Assembly (NCBI GenBank): GCA_964016885.1
Contig: OZ024743.1
Span: forward strand, 185,876,001-185,940,000
DNA length: 64,000 nucleotides
Direction: 5' to 3'
Source of the DNA: Eledone cirrhosa
Taxonomy: Eukaryota
In this document: positions 52,129-64,000 of the stretch, piece by piece
Layout: each line of letters opens with the position of its first letter
How positions within the stretch are numbered: the first letter of the stretch is position 1
Notes under the pieces: model-generated
Told to the model about the DNA's origin: nothing
What the model saw: only the letters and a program-made list of their open reading frames with translations
Databases searched by the model: none
Position numbers and translations under genes: made by a program

Positions 52129-52799
52129 TATTTTAATGTATACTTTGTTTCAGTTATTGCAGCAGTCTGTGCTAAATGCCTTTTTTGTGGTTTTTTAAAG
52201 CTGTGAATTAGGTATCCTGTACATGAAGCTGTGGTTCATGTGTTCATGCGGTCAAGTCATTTTACTGTGTTATATACTACCTCATCATCAATCAACCACC
52301 ACTACTATCAGTGTTTCCACTGGTCAGTGTTAGGAACAACAATTTCAGCTGCTATCTCAGCTGTATTATCAAAAACATGTGAAGCTGATTCTCAATGGGT
52401 GCAAAGTAGATAGCCTGATAATGGTAGTTCTTCTCCATTCTAAGTTAGTCAAATGCCACTTTGTACATATTCAGCATAAGGAAAATTCTGTTTTTATGGT
52501 TATTGCTTTGTGCTCTACTTGAATATTGGACTTACGTATGGTGGATCTCAGTGAGTAGCTGAAACTGTCATAATGTATGCCTGCTTGTACTTCCTCAACC
52601 TGGGTTCTGACAGTATTCTTGACCAGGACTTTCAAAAACTTCATATCATAACAAGATAATTTACTTATTTGTGGATTTAGTACTTCATATGTTGACCCTC
52701 TAATGATATTTGCTAATCTGACATCTGATTGTTGCCCTGTAACTGCTAATTTGTATTTTTACTCTCTTGAAGATAAATATATATATATATATATATATA

Positions 52800-53270
52800 T
52801 TTAAACTATAATAAAGGAAGGTATGCGGGACTGCGTACGGTTTATTTTTTTTTATCCCGTTTGTAAAATAAGTTGGATTACTTTGAATAAATAATGAATG
52901 AATATTACATAATTTATCTACTAAATTTTGTAAACAAAAATAATTTTGTAAAAATAAATAATTTAAAATTGACTTCTTTTCAAAGTTGCACTTCCGGTAT
53001 ATCGTTGCCACCACCACCACTTCAACTACCATATAGAGAAAGTGTGATGTCAACACTTCTGGTGGCGATCACTTAAATAAACATAATAATTTTCCGTCAC
53101 TAATTTTCTCCTAATGCAGTTTATATATAATATCGTCTTTTTTTAATGTATATTGTCAATTACGATTTTATTTGATCATATCTACATGTATATATATACT
53201 TGCGTATAATATCAATATACACACTACACATGCTAGCAGAAAACCGACTGAAGGGTGGTTTTTCTGCTAG
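52800..53270 (+). mobile_element. Short non-autonomous Helitron-like element
   Basis: Terminal hairpin gcagaaaacc..ggtttttctg followed by CTAG|T; the 5' end is uncertain. Confidence 0.45.
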
Positions 53271-53730
53271 TATATATAATATATATATGAAGACGCACAA
53301 CATTTGTTAAAGAATGAATACTTGAGCCCTGTAACTCTCCTTGGTGTGTGTAGGTTATTGTGAAAGGCAATATGTGAAAATGGCATCTAGTTATTGTTTA
53401 TTCTGACACCATAAACTGATCCACACTTCTTGGTGGTATCCATTACCTCATATTGAAGACATGGTAAACAAGGTAGCTCAACACCAAATATTCTGACAGA
53501 ACGACACTTCTTGGTAGGTGTCTTTTACTTCATATTGAAGACATGGTGAACAAGATTGCTCAATACTAAATATTCTGTACCATTAATCTCTAATGTCAAG
53601 TTCCATTTAAAAATAGGGACAAATAAAACACTGCATTCAAAGCTGAAGGAAGCTTTTACCAGTATACTTAAGTTTCTTTTGAAGTGACCGCTGGAATGGT
53701 TTATTTCCAATGCATTGTGGGATTCGATTA

Positions 53731-55100
53731 CACCATGTAACATATTTTTTGTTCCCCGGTTCTAAGTGTCATTTACTGGTTTGTTATATTCCATTATTAT
53801 AAAAAAACACTATTATTTAATCAGAAGTTTGGGTTTGTGGTCATGAGTTTGATATTTCAAAATTTTCATATTTTTCAAGAAAAAACACATTTTTTTAAAA
53901 TTTATCAGTTCATATAATTAAATCAACAGAGTATATATTTATTTTATTACACAAGCTTATCAAAAGCAAACAAGTAAAAACAAATAACACTTATAAAGCA
54001 ACTTATACACGTCAGAAATGACTGGATTTTCTGGATTTGCGGGTGTAGTCCAGGTTGCATTCCCGCACTAGCCCCCAGATATAGTCCCCCATCATTTTTT
54101 CATTGTAGTGGCCCTGGTACCTCCGCTCTCTCTTTCATATCTTGGTGGAATCGTTCGCCTTGTTCTTCTGAGTAGGTGCCCATATTGTCCTTGAATTTTT
54201 CCAGGTGAGCGTCCAGCATATGGAGTTTAAGTGACATCCTGCATCCCATGGCGCCAAAAGCCTTTATCAGATCCCGCACCTTGCTGGTAGTTTTCAGCTC
54301 TGTAGTTACCCAGGAAGCCCTTAACAACTGTCTTGAAACAGTTCCATGCTGTTCTCTCAATCCTATTGGGCTTAGTGGAGAACTCGGTAGACTCAAACAC
54401 CTTTATCTGAGGTCCAACAAAAATTCCACCTTTGATTTTGGCCTCAGCTAACTTGGGGAAGAACTCAAGAAGGTACTTAAAAGCGGCTGATTTTTGGTTG
54501 AGAGCCTTCACAAACTGTTTCATTAACCCCAACTTAATGTGCAGTGGCAGCATGAGCACAATCCTGGGATCAACCAGTGACTTCCACATGACGTTCCGGG
54601 TCCCAACTACAAATTCTGTTCGCTGCTCCCAGTTCTTTCTTTTGTAGTGGTCAGAGGTGGCTCTGCTGTCCCAAAGGCAGAGGAAGCATTGGAATTTGAT
54701 AAAGCCTCCTTGGAGTCTAACCAGGAAAGCCACCATCTTGAAGTCTCCAATGATTTCCCAATTGTACTGGTTGTACTGCAGAGCTTCCAAGAGGACTTTC
54801 ACACTGTAGTAATCTTCCTTCAGGCAGACTGAATGAGCTAGAGGCAGTGTTGGGAACTTGTTTCCATTGTGGAGGACAGCCTTCAAACTTGTGGTGGAGC
54901 TGTCTATAAATAGCCGCCACTCCTTGGGCACAAACGGCACCCCAATAACGTCAAACAATCCAGGCACGTCATGGCAGAAACAGAGGCCATCCCTAAGAGT
55001 GTAAAAGACTGAAAAAGGTTTGTGTCGACTTCTCTGACTTGTCACCTGCAACAAGGATAATTTGAAGTTATTGTCATGATCTGTATGCATGCATGGACCT
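53731..55100 (-). mobile_element. Chapaev3-like (CMC) DNA transposon, frameshifted and 5'-truncated
   Basis: GDFK, CFLCLWDSRA, PLHIKLGLMKQFVKAL, GIFVGPQI, MSLKLH..AHL, SEEQGERFHQD; terminus CACCATGTAACA preceded by TTA. Confidence 0.75.
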
Positions 55101-56055
55101 GTAACTCCTGATGGAGTTGTAGGTGCACTGTAGTCACATATGTTTTGGGCCTTTTAAATTCAATGGAGCCCATCCCTTCTCCATGTCAGAATTCAGCTGA
55201 TTTCTTCCAGAGGAGAGAGAATGATAGAAGGGAAGTGAGAAAGAGATATAGAGGGAGAATCGACCTCAGTATTGGACTGGGACTTTATTGACTTTAAAAG
55301 ACTGAAAGGCAAAGTTGAACTTGGTGTGTTTTGAACTCGGGTCATAGAGAGCTGGAATGAATACTGCAAAGCGTTCTATCCAACATTCTAGCAATTATGC
55401 TAATTTGCTATCTTGTCATGATCTACTACATCCCATCCAGAAATGACAATTGATATGCATGACAAACTTGGTAAGCTCCTTGGGGTTAGTACTTCTGCTT
55501 GAGTGCCAACCTGGTCTGTTGATGACTTGTCCACTCTTGCTAGCAGTGAAAGCAGATATAAAATGGTGATGATGAGAAAAGGGCATCTTTTAGCAATAAG
55601 ATGGATAAAAAACAAATAAGAATATTATGTAGCCACATTGGTGTGAAAACAAGAGGTTGTGAAATAGGCTGGTGCAGTGAATGTTGTAGTGTACAGTTGT
55701 GGAATGAGTAGAGGAATAGTCTGCAATATACGGCAGAAAGAAAATCTATGAAGTGTTGGAAGATGGTTCTATTTGATTGATAGGTATTAATACAAATGCT
55801 ACAGCCCCTGCTTTGCTTCCTATACCCCCCCCCCCCCCCCCCCCAGTCTGGCTTCTATTTGTGGAAGACCCTCACTGGTCTCTTCATGGACATGTAAAGC
55901 ATTGTTATCAGTTCAAAACATATACAAAATACCTCATTCCCTAAATAGCTGATCTAGTCGATGGAAGTTAACTTAAAGTGCCTACATTTATCAGTCATCA
56001 TCACCACCATTATATGTCCACCTTTCCATACTTGCATAGGTTGGACAGCTCTTTT

Positions 56056-57410
56056 AAAAATAATGAAATTATTGTGTACAGTGCTCAGGTGCACTACAAC
56101 TCATCAAAGGTGCATGTATAGTACATAGAATAATGTACAAATGTCAGGAAAATGAACAGTGTATGAGTCATGATATAATAACAATAACAATAATGAAATA
56201 TTGTGTACAGTGCCCAGGTGCACCACAACTCATCAAAAAAGTGCATGTACAGTACATAGGGCAATGCACAAACATCAGTAAAATGAACAGTGCACGAGTC
56301 ATGATACACACATGTGCATGTGTATGGAAGGGGTACATCAGGTGTAGTTTTGGCGTATTTCGGGAAGCATGAGTGTCTTAAAGGATGCAGTGTCTCGGCA
56401 GCTAACAATTGACGCAGGCAGTTTGTTCCATGCTTCAGCAACTCTGAGCGTGAAAAAATGTCTGCGAAAGTCATGGGAGCTGTGCTGTTTTCTTATCTTG
56501 TAGGCATGTCCACGTGTGTTAGACACATGGAGATCAAAGAGGCGCTCAGGGTTGCAGTTGGCGAGATGGTTAAAAACTTTGTGGGTATTCACCAAGTCCA
56601 TTGCCAGACGTCGGAGCTTCAATGAATCCATGCCCAGAGAAGCAAGGCGTTCAGAGTATGGTAGGTGTCTGATGGAGGGTATGCGCTTGGTTGCACGTCT
56701 CTGAACAGTTTCCAGGAGGTGAATGTTCCGAGCAAGATAGGGGTTCCAGACTGATGATGCGAATTCCAAGTGTGGTCGCACCATAACTGTATACAGTTTT
56801 AAATAGATGGCTGGAGAGCGGCTAACAAAGGTCTTGCTGAGTGATGCCAAGACACCCTCGGCCTTCTTGACAATCTTAGAGACATGCTTTGTCCAACGCA
56901 AATCGTTGCTGACAGTAATGCCCAGGTCACGTTCACAAGAGGACTTTTTGATGTCAGTGTTGTGGAGGGAGTATGTGGACGCTGGATTTTTCCTTCCAAA
57001 ATGCATGGTGGTACACTTGTCCACAGCCAGCTTCAGTTGCCAGTCTGTGATCCATTGCTGCATTGTGTCCAGGTCTGACTGTAGGAAAGAGTTGTAAATT
57101 TCAGGATCAGTCCTTTTGATTTCAAGGTACAGCTTGATGTCATCTGCATATTTTAGTACCGTGGCATTCTGTAAGTTGGCATCTATGTCATTAATATATG
57201 CCACAAACAAAAGAGGACCAAGAACAGATCCCTGTGGTACACCAGATGACATCTCATATGGTGAAGAATGCTGTCCTAGAACCGTGACTACTTCGTTTCG
57301 GCTGAGAATGAAGGATTTCAGCCAGTCGAAAAGATCATCCCTCACACCCATTGCAGAGAGTTTTGCCATAAGTCTTTTGTGTGGCACAGAATTAAAAGCC
57401 TTCCAGCACA
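56056..57410 (-). mobile_element. 5'-truncated CR1-clade LINE
   Basis: 358-aa ORF with KAFNSVPH, SGVPQGSVLGPLLF, KYADD, RPHLEFASSVWNP, TRGH; tandemly repeated 3' UTR. Confidence 0.9.
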
Positions 57411-58764
57411 GCATCTCTTTATTAAATAATAATGATGATGATAAAAATATTGCTGATCTAAATGTCTTCTATAGACACACCACTTCATATTTATAGAGAA
57501 AGTGAAACAGGATGTTATATTTGAACCATTTCATAGGTCATTAGTGATGTAGTGAATCAATACTATCTGGGAATGAAACCCACATAATTGGATTTTATCT
57601 ACTGATAACTTATGGCATTCACCAGAGTGGGATAGGCTCTGATTGATTTAAACAATGTCATCATCATTTAATGCCTGTTTTCCCTACTAGAAAGGATTGG
57701 AAATTTTTACAGAGTAAACGAAAATATTTGCTTGAGACAATCCATATTGCTCACTTAACAATGTCTTCATATTCCTGCTCTTAAAAATTTAAAAACAATC
57801 TCTAGAAGGCTACAATGGACTGAAAGAATGGCATTAAATGGTTCCTGATTTAGGCACAAGGTCAACAATTTTTGGGAAGAGGAAAGTCAATTAAATCGAC
57901 CTTAGCTTTATTATTGGTACTTTATTTTATTGACTCCATAAGGATGAAAGGCAAAGCTAACCATGGCAAAATTTGAACTCAGAATGTAAAGGAATGTAAC
58001 TATATGTTGCAAAACATGTTCAATGCTCAAATGATTACTGCCAGTCCACATGCAAGGTGTCACATGAATCCCAAATCCTTTTTTCAGTGAGGTGACACCA
58101 TCACCCTTTTATATCTGCTTTTCTATGTTTGCATAGATTGGATGGGTATTTTCCAGCTCAGCTGCCCTCTACCTACTGCATTCTTGTGTCAATTTCAGTG
58201 CTTTGAGATCTGCACTCAACAGAAATGATTAGATTTAATCTATTGCAGTCTTCTTTATTGTCTTATGCATCTTTTTCATGACATCATATCTTTGCTGTTA
58301 CACATTGTTTTACTATAGGAGGTACACTTTGTTGTCAGAGCTCTTCCCTGGTGCGGACAAGAGGAATTTGGGACATATACAATATCTCCATGAGAACACT
58401 TGAATACTTTGTTCACTTAGTTATGAGAAGGCTATCCAGAGTTATTGATTTTCTCAAAGTCAATAAGAAAATATGTATTTAGAGGGCTACAGTTTTTCAC
58501 ATAGGACATTAATTGTTAAAGATAATTTTTTCTGAAGTGGAAACAAAACCAGCAATTTGGGAAAAGAGGAAAATTGATTATATGAACCCCAGTATTTAAA
58601 TGCCCCAGGATTTTATTATTCTTGGAATGATGAAAGGCAAAGTTGACTTCTCATACTTTGGGGTCAATAAAATAAAGTACCAGTTTGAAGTTGTTGGAAT
58701 GTTTAATTAAACACCTCCAAGATAACATTCCAACAAATTTGTCATCATTATTTTTTAACATTTA

Positions 58765-58852
58765 ACTTTGCCTTTCATCCTTACGGGGTCGATAAAATAA
58801 AGTACCAGTAATACACTGGGTAATTGCTGGCCTTGTGCCTAACGTAGAAACA
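58765..58852 (+). mobile_element. Truncated Nin/Deu SINE with ~19-bp TSD, inside a MITE
   Basis: Flanked by attattttttaacatttaa on both sides. Confidence 0.8.
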
Positions 58853-59458
58853 ATTATTTTTTAACATTTAATGTCCTATTGGTATTGCTGTAGCCTTCTA
58901 AAAAAACAAACCAAAAATAACCACACTATTTTCTACACATTCCACAATGCTTCAAGCAAAGTACAACATCCTCTTAGTAACGAGAGCTAGTGTGTATTCA
59001 TCAATCAACAACTGTAGAGTATTTGTTCTTTTCAATTGTTTATGCTGTATTTTGTTGCTAATGGTTCAATTTGTGTTAGGGATTACTTGCCAATTAAACA
59101 ACTGATATTGGTGATGGAAGGTGACTTGCTAATTATAATTAACTGATGTTGGTGATAGGTTACTTGCTAATTATATAATTAAGTGATGCAGGTGGTAGAA
59201 AGTATCTGTGATCAAAGAGTTATGAAGATATTGAGAAGCTTTTAAAACACATCCGAGAACACTGGAACTCAGAGATAAGATGATGAATTGAAGAGTACAT
59301 AGTGTGGTATTGCAGATCTGATCAACCTATATCTGAATAGGAAAACAATGTTAAAACAACACTGCTGATTATTATAAATGTGTGCTTGTTATTTAATCAG
59401 ATGCAACATAAATAGGTTTGTTAAATAAACAACACCTGTCGGGACAATTTAGGTAATG

Positions 59459-59642
59459 CAGACTTGCCAACCTCTAAAAACCCAAACGGAGAATACCATG
59501 AAAAAAAAGTGCCCCAAAACGGGAAGAAATGGGGAGATTTTACATAATGAAAGCTTTATCCATTTTCACAAGAGAAGACATCTCTCACCCACCCCAAAGT
59601 GGGTGGGAGATCTTTGTTGAACAGGGAGAGTTGACAGGTCTG
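59459..59642. mobile_element. hAT-like MITE
   Basis: TIR cagacttgccaac / gttgacaggtctg; imperfect flanking duplication ggtaatg/gataatg; internal palindrome. Confidence 0.5.
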
Positions 59643-60345
59643 GATAATGTAATGTTACAGCTCAGATCTTTGCAGGTTTTGTTGATACCCTATGAAGCAG
59701 TATCTGTACTATTCTCAATCAAAATCTCATAACCTATATTATAATAGCTACACAACCTTTTTGATCATCTATCACATGGATGGTATGATCTGCCAAATTG
59801 TTGAATTTTTATTTTAATTTTATAATTCATGGAACACAAACGTAAAACAAAGGGGCAAATGTTCTAAAACATTCCCTGTCAAAAATGTTGTCTGTTTCTC
59901 TCTGTATGTGTGTGTGTATGTGTATATATATAGATTTTTAAGCTAAACTTAAGGTAGATATAGCTACCATTTTTTTTTTTTTTTTTTTTTTAAATTAAAA
60001 GCCTTAGCTATGAAAAGAATAAAGTATGAAATATAAACACTTTCAACTCTTCCTCCATATGTAGAAAAGTCTAAATATAGCAACACTGTTATACATAATA
60101 TAGAAAATACCTGAAATAGTGAGTCTAATTTGCTTGATGTGCTTATGTTTATTGACATAATTAAATAAATAATAGATATTTATGCTATTACACAGCATAT
60201 ATTTGAAGAGTTTTAATGTAATCTTAAGACATCTATTTTCGAATTAGAAGCTTTTGTTGTGAAAAGAATGAAGTGTAAACACTTTCAACTATTCTTCTGT
60301 GCAAAAAAAAATCAACAAAAAAAAAACATGATATTATTCTCTATC

Positions 60346-60442
60346 ATTCTGTGTATGGAGGAATATTGTTATAGTAATGCTATATATGTCATACATTCTG
60401 TGTATGGAGGAATATTGCTATAGTAATGCTATATATGTCATA
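60346..60442. repeat. Two-copy ~48-bp tandem duplication
   Basis: cattctgtgtatggaggaatattgytatagtaatgctatatatgtcata repeated twice. Confidence 0.9.
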
Positions 60443-61958
60443 CACAAATAGAAAATGTCTATGATTATTTTGAAAATTAATTGAAACACATAAGCTGTCT
60501 CCTTACCAGAAATACAGTCGCAAATGAAGTAACTGTATTTTTTAGATTTTCAAAATACGTTATTTATTTATCAATCTTAGTGGGGACTTTACTTTATTTT
60601 ATTTGCGGGAAGTTGATGTTGCAACAATTAGTTTTAAATGAAGTGAAATTATTCCAGTAATTACTGGTTTGTTGATGTGAGAGAAGACTTTCTTTCTTTT
60701 AATGATATTTACTGGAGTAAATTGCAAGAGTGAGATTAAGAGCTAAGTATATTTTCCTAATGTCAGACATGCAACAACAAATTTGGACAACTGTTGGTCA
60801 TTAGTTCAACAGTTTAATCAGTTATTTGGGTTGCTATTGAAAATGGTTAAGAATAATTGATAAAGAACAGGAAGATTTATAAGTCAATAAGACAATTGAA
60901 AGATCAATTCCTATCAATTGCAGCCAGTTAGTCACATATATTTAGGATTTTCTTTTAATAACAGGTAAATTTCAGCAGGAAAATTCTTGATCAATATTTT
61001 AATAGGTGTTAGAAAAAAGAAATAAGGACAACGAATGTTGGATCAACTTTGCTATTCAGAATTCTGTGAATTTCTAACTGAAATTTTTTGTTCATTATTT
61101 TGGTAGTATATACATTTTTAGTCTGCTAAATACCATGATAGTCTAGGTCAAAAGTAACAACCAATCCTAGATTTTTGATTGTCATGGCATTTCAGCAGGC
61201 CTTAGAAATGCTTGGCTGTGCCTATCTTCCCTTAACTGGTGCAGCCAGTCATTGGAATGCCACTCATCAGTTTTGACTGTGTCATGGCATTTCAGTGGAC
61301 CTTAGAAATGCTTTGCAGTGTTCATCTCACTAAATGTAATACTGCTTGAAAAAATGTTCTTTTAAATGAAAATAAAATAAAAAATAACTTGGTGACTCAA
61401 ATTTTGGTCACTACTCTGAAGTTAAGAAACACTGATCTATATGTTAGTCTAACTTTTCTGGAAAAGAAGGCAGTGCTAACAATCTCAGCCTCTAGTTCTA
61501 AAAATCTATTAACTTTCTTCTCACTGCTAGTGCAGTCTAATTTGTCATACAAATATGAAATTAAAAGTTTGCGCCCAAAGGGGCCGCTGGCTTAAAAAAA
61601 GGTTGGGAAACCCTGTTCTAAACCATGCTTGCATGGAAAATAGATGTTAAACAACGGTGATGATTTTATTATTAAAATGAGATTTGTAATATAACTAAAA
61701 AGGTTTTTATATATAATTGTTGGAAGGTTTTAATTCTAATAGGAATCCCTTTAAAATGGGTGCTTTAATTTTACAGGACCAAAGCCAGTTTTAGATAGGT
61801 TGATATCAAAAGAGTTAATAAACTTCTAAAAATTTTGAATAATGCAATCTCCTTTAGTAAATGCTAAAATTTAAAAAGAAATGGCCTTCGTTTTAATGTA
61901 AGCTTGATAAAAGATCTGACTTGATGAATAACAATGTTTGTTTTATATTTTAATATAG

Positions 61959-62151
61959 AATCCACCATTAGATTTATACAGCAATCCCAACATGGCTAAT
62001 CAGCAATACATTCAGATGCCGGGTCAAATCCCACAAATTCAACAATATGGTATTCCTGCTAATGCCCAATTCCAACCAATGCCAGGCCAGTCACCATATG
62101 GTCAGCCAACCTATGGATATCAAGTCCCTCAAGGATTTGCTCCTTCTCAAC
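61959..62151 (+). CDS. PEF1: Peflin-like gene, exon 2 (Gly/Pro/Gln/Tyr-rich N-terminus)
   Basis: ttttaatatAG acceptor, C|GTAAGA donor, 193 bp, phase 0-1; NPPLDLYSNPNMANQQYIQMPGQ...QGFAPSQ. Confidence 0.85.
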
Positions 62152-62828
62152 GTAAGACTGATTCTTTTTTAATTTTGATTCACAAATATAATTAACATAT
62201 TACATGATAAACACACCCTGTACAAACAAAGGGTCAGAAAGACTCTTCAGTTGCGACAACAGTATGAAACTTCTTTAGAATTGGTGATCTATATAATAAA
62301 GTCTCTTTCCTATCACATTTTGATATCGTGCACAACTGTTTTAATTTCTATCTCTATTCTCTTACTCTGTATGTTATTTCTCTAGTTCCCCTGTCAATTG
62401 CAAAACTCTAGCTTCTTTCCACCCACCCCCTCTTACTTGTGCTATTTTTTTCCTTTCTGATTCTTCCATCTTTCTCTATATTTCACTGTATGCTCACATG
62501 ACTGTCTTGCTTACTGACAGATTGCTGGGTATGCTTTTACTCTTTTCTTTCTTTCTCTCTACCACCTATCTATTTATTTAATCTTCCTATCTTTATAACA
62601 CTTTCTCTCTCTTTCACTTTACTCAGCATAGCCACTGCTTTCTCTTTCCACATTTCTATAGAGTGACAGAAAGCAATAAACTAGCAAACAAAAAAGGGTC
62701 ATGCAACTTATAATATTGATAACATACTTAATCATAACGAATAGGATACTGATCAGAATTGGATTTTAAAGAAAACAATTTTATCAAATATGCACTTTAT
62801 ATACATTTTCTTTTCAAACCATTTTTAG

Positions 62829-62984
62829 CCACTGTACCCCCAGGCATTGACCCAGAAGTGTATAGCTGGTTTATGAGTGTTGATGCTGATCACTCTGGTA
62901 AAATTGCATCCAAAGAATTACAACAGGCCTTAATCTATGGTAACTGGAAACATTCAACTGATAAATCAGCCCGCTTAATGATAT
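62829..62984 (+). CDS. PEF1: Peflin-like gene, exon 3 (EF-hand 1)
   Basis: ttttAG acceptor, T|GTAAGT donor, 156 bp, phase 1-1. [32 protein letters not shown] closely matches peflin VDPEAYSWFQSVDSDHSG.I...EL.QAL. Confidence 0.9.
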
Positions 62985-63629
62985 GTAAGTATTTGATTTT
63001 ATTGCCTTGTGAAGACTGGTTAGTAGGTGCAGAGTTTACAGCATCTAGGAAACAAAATAAAAAGTTGAAACACTAGTGATTTGAGAAAGCTGTTGACGTG
63101 ATTTCTGTTTGATATATATTATGAATGCTGTCAACTCTGTGAGAATGTTATAAGTTGCCGATGACAAATACTTTTTCTCAAAGTAATTTACATCAACAAG
63201 ATTGACATGGCAGTCGAGACATAATATAATGCTTATTGTATATACTCCAATATAAGCTGCCCTACTATTTTATGTCTGATAAATGGGCAAAAATCAAAAC
63301 CCCATTTACCCATTTATAAGCCAAGGCATCTAATCAACACATTGTTTAAATGGCATATATAAGGCCCCCCCCCCCCCCCCATTTTACCATCAATTTTTTT
63401 TTGGTTACATATTCCTTGGTTTATATTTGAGTATATACATTAACTTTTTCATTTCTAAAAACAGAAATGCTCGAAACTGCTTTGATTTAATCTATTCATA
63501 TTCAAATCAAAATACTGACATAGATCATGTTACTAAATTACTGATATGCTTTATCACTGTGGTGGGGATTTTATGACCTCAGAAATTTTTGGTTATAATT
63601 TTTCAAATCTGTTGTTTTCCTTATTTCTG

Positions 63630-63850
63630 TAATGAGCACCAAGTCCACTCTGTAGGGTGGGAGTGCTGGTGCCACAAAAAATAAAATACCCAGTCCATCC
63701 TGTAAGGTGGTTGACATTAGGAAGGACATCCAGCCATAGAAAATCCAGCCGAAAACGGAGTGTATGAGCAAGATGTGGTCACTTGACCTGTCTGGCCTCA
63801 TAACATGACAGCCTGTCTAACCCATGCAAGCATGGAAAATAGACATTACA
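63630..63850 (+). repeat. RTE-related 3' element
   Basis: Minisatellite units plus the taggaaggacatccagcc box. Confidence 0.7.
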
Positions 63851-64000
63851 TGGCTATTATCATTAAAATACACCCACATACATACACTCACATATGTATG
63901 TATCCTGGATTTTAGAATAGGTACACTATCCCTGCATGTCATATGAGGCAACTGAAAGGGTTGGTACCAAAAAGGGCATCCAGTTGTAAAACATTCTCAA

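Overview
AT-rich, repeat-dense animal (eukaryotic) genomic DNA. The SINE/LINE families resemble those of octopods, which is an inference from recall and was not searched. Two spliced host genes point away from each other, and the ORF track shows neither as a gene. On the - strand is a small secreted C-type-lectin-like (CTLD) gene with exons 17698-17635, 8330-8202, 4738-4526 and a probable terminal micro-exon at 4449-4445. On the + strand is a peflin (PEF1-like, penta-EF-hand) gene with a 27-bp first coding exon at 34808, a ~27-kb first intron, and exons at 61959-62151 and 62829-62984; it continues beyond the window. The rest is mostly transposon debris: four large RTE-clade LINE copies with a PHD-type zinc finger inside the RT region, a decayed autonomous Helitron, non-autonomous Helitrons, mariner, Chapaev3-like, CR1, R4/Dong-like and BovB-like fragments, LTR remnants (one with a 32-nt tRNA-Trp PBS), many Nin/Deu- and CORE-type SINEs, piggyBac/hAT/mariner MITEs, long hairpins and microsatellites. 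No CRISPR array, rRNA or intact tRNA gene was seen, and I found no convincing wholly new biological system. The most notable items are the atypical CTLD protein, the PHD-bearing RTE family with its variable 3' minisatellite and inverted pairs, a candidate hammerhead ribozyme and the extended PBS. All coordinates were read by eye.
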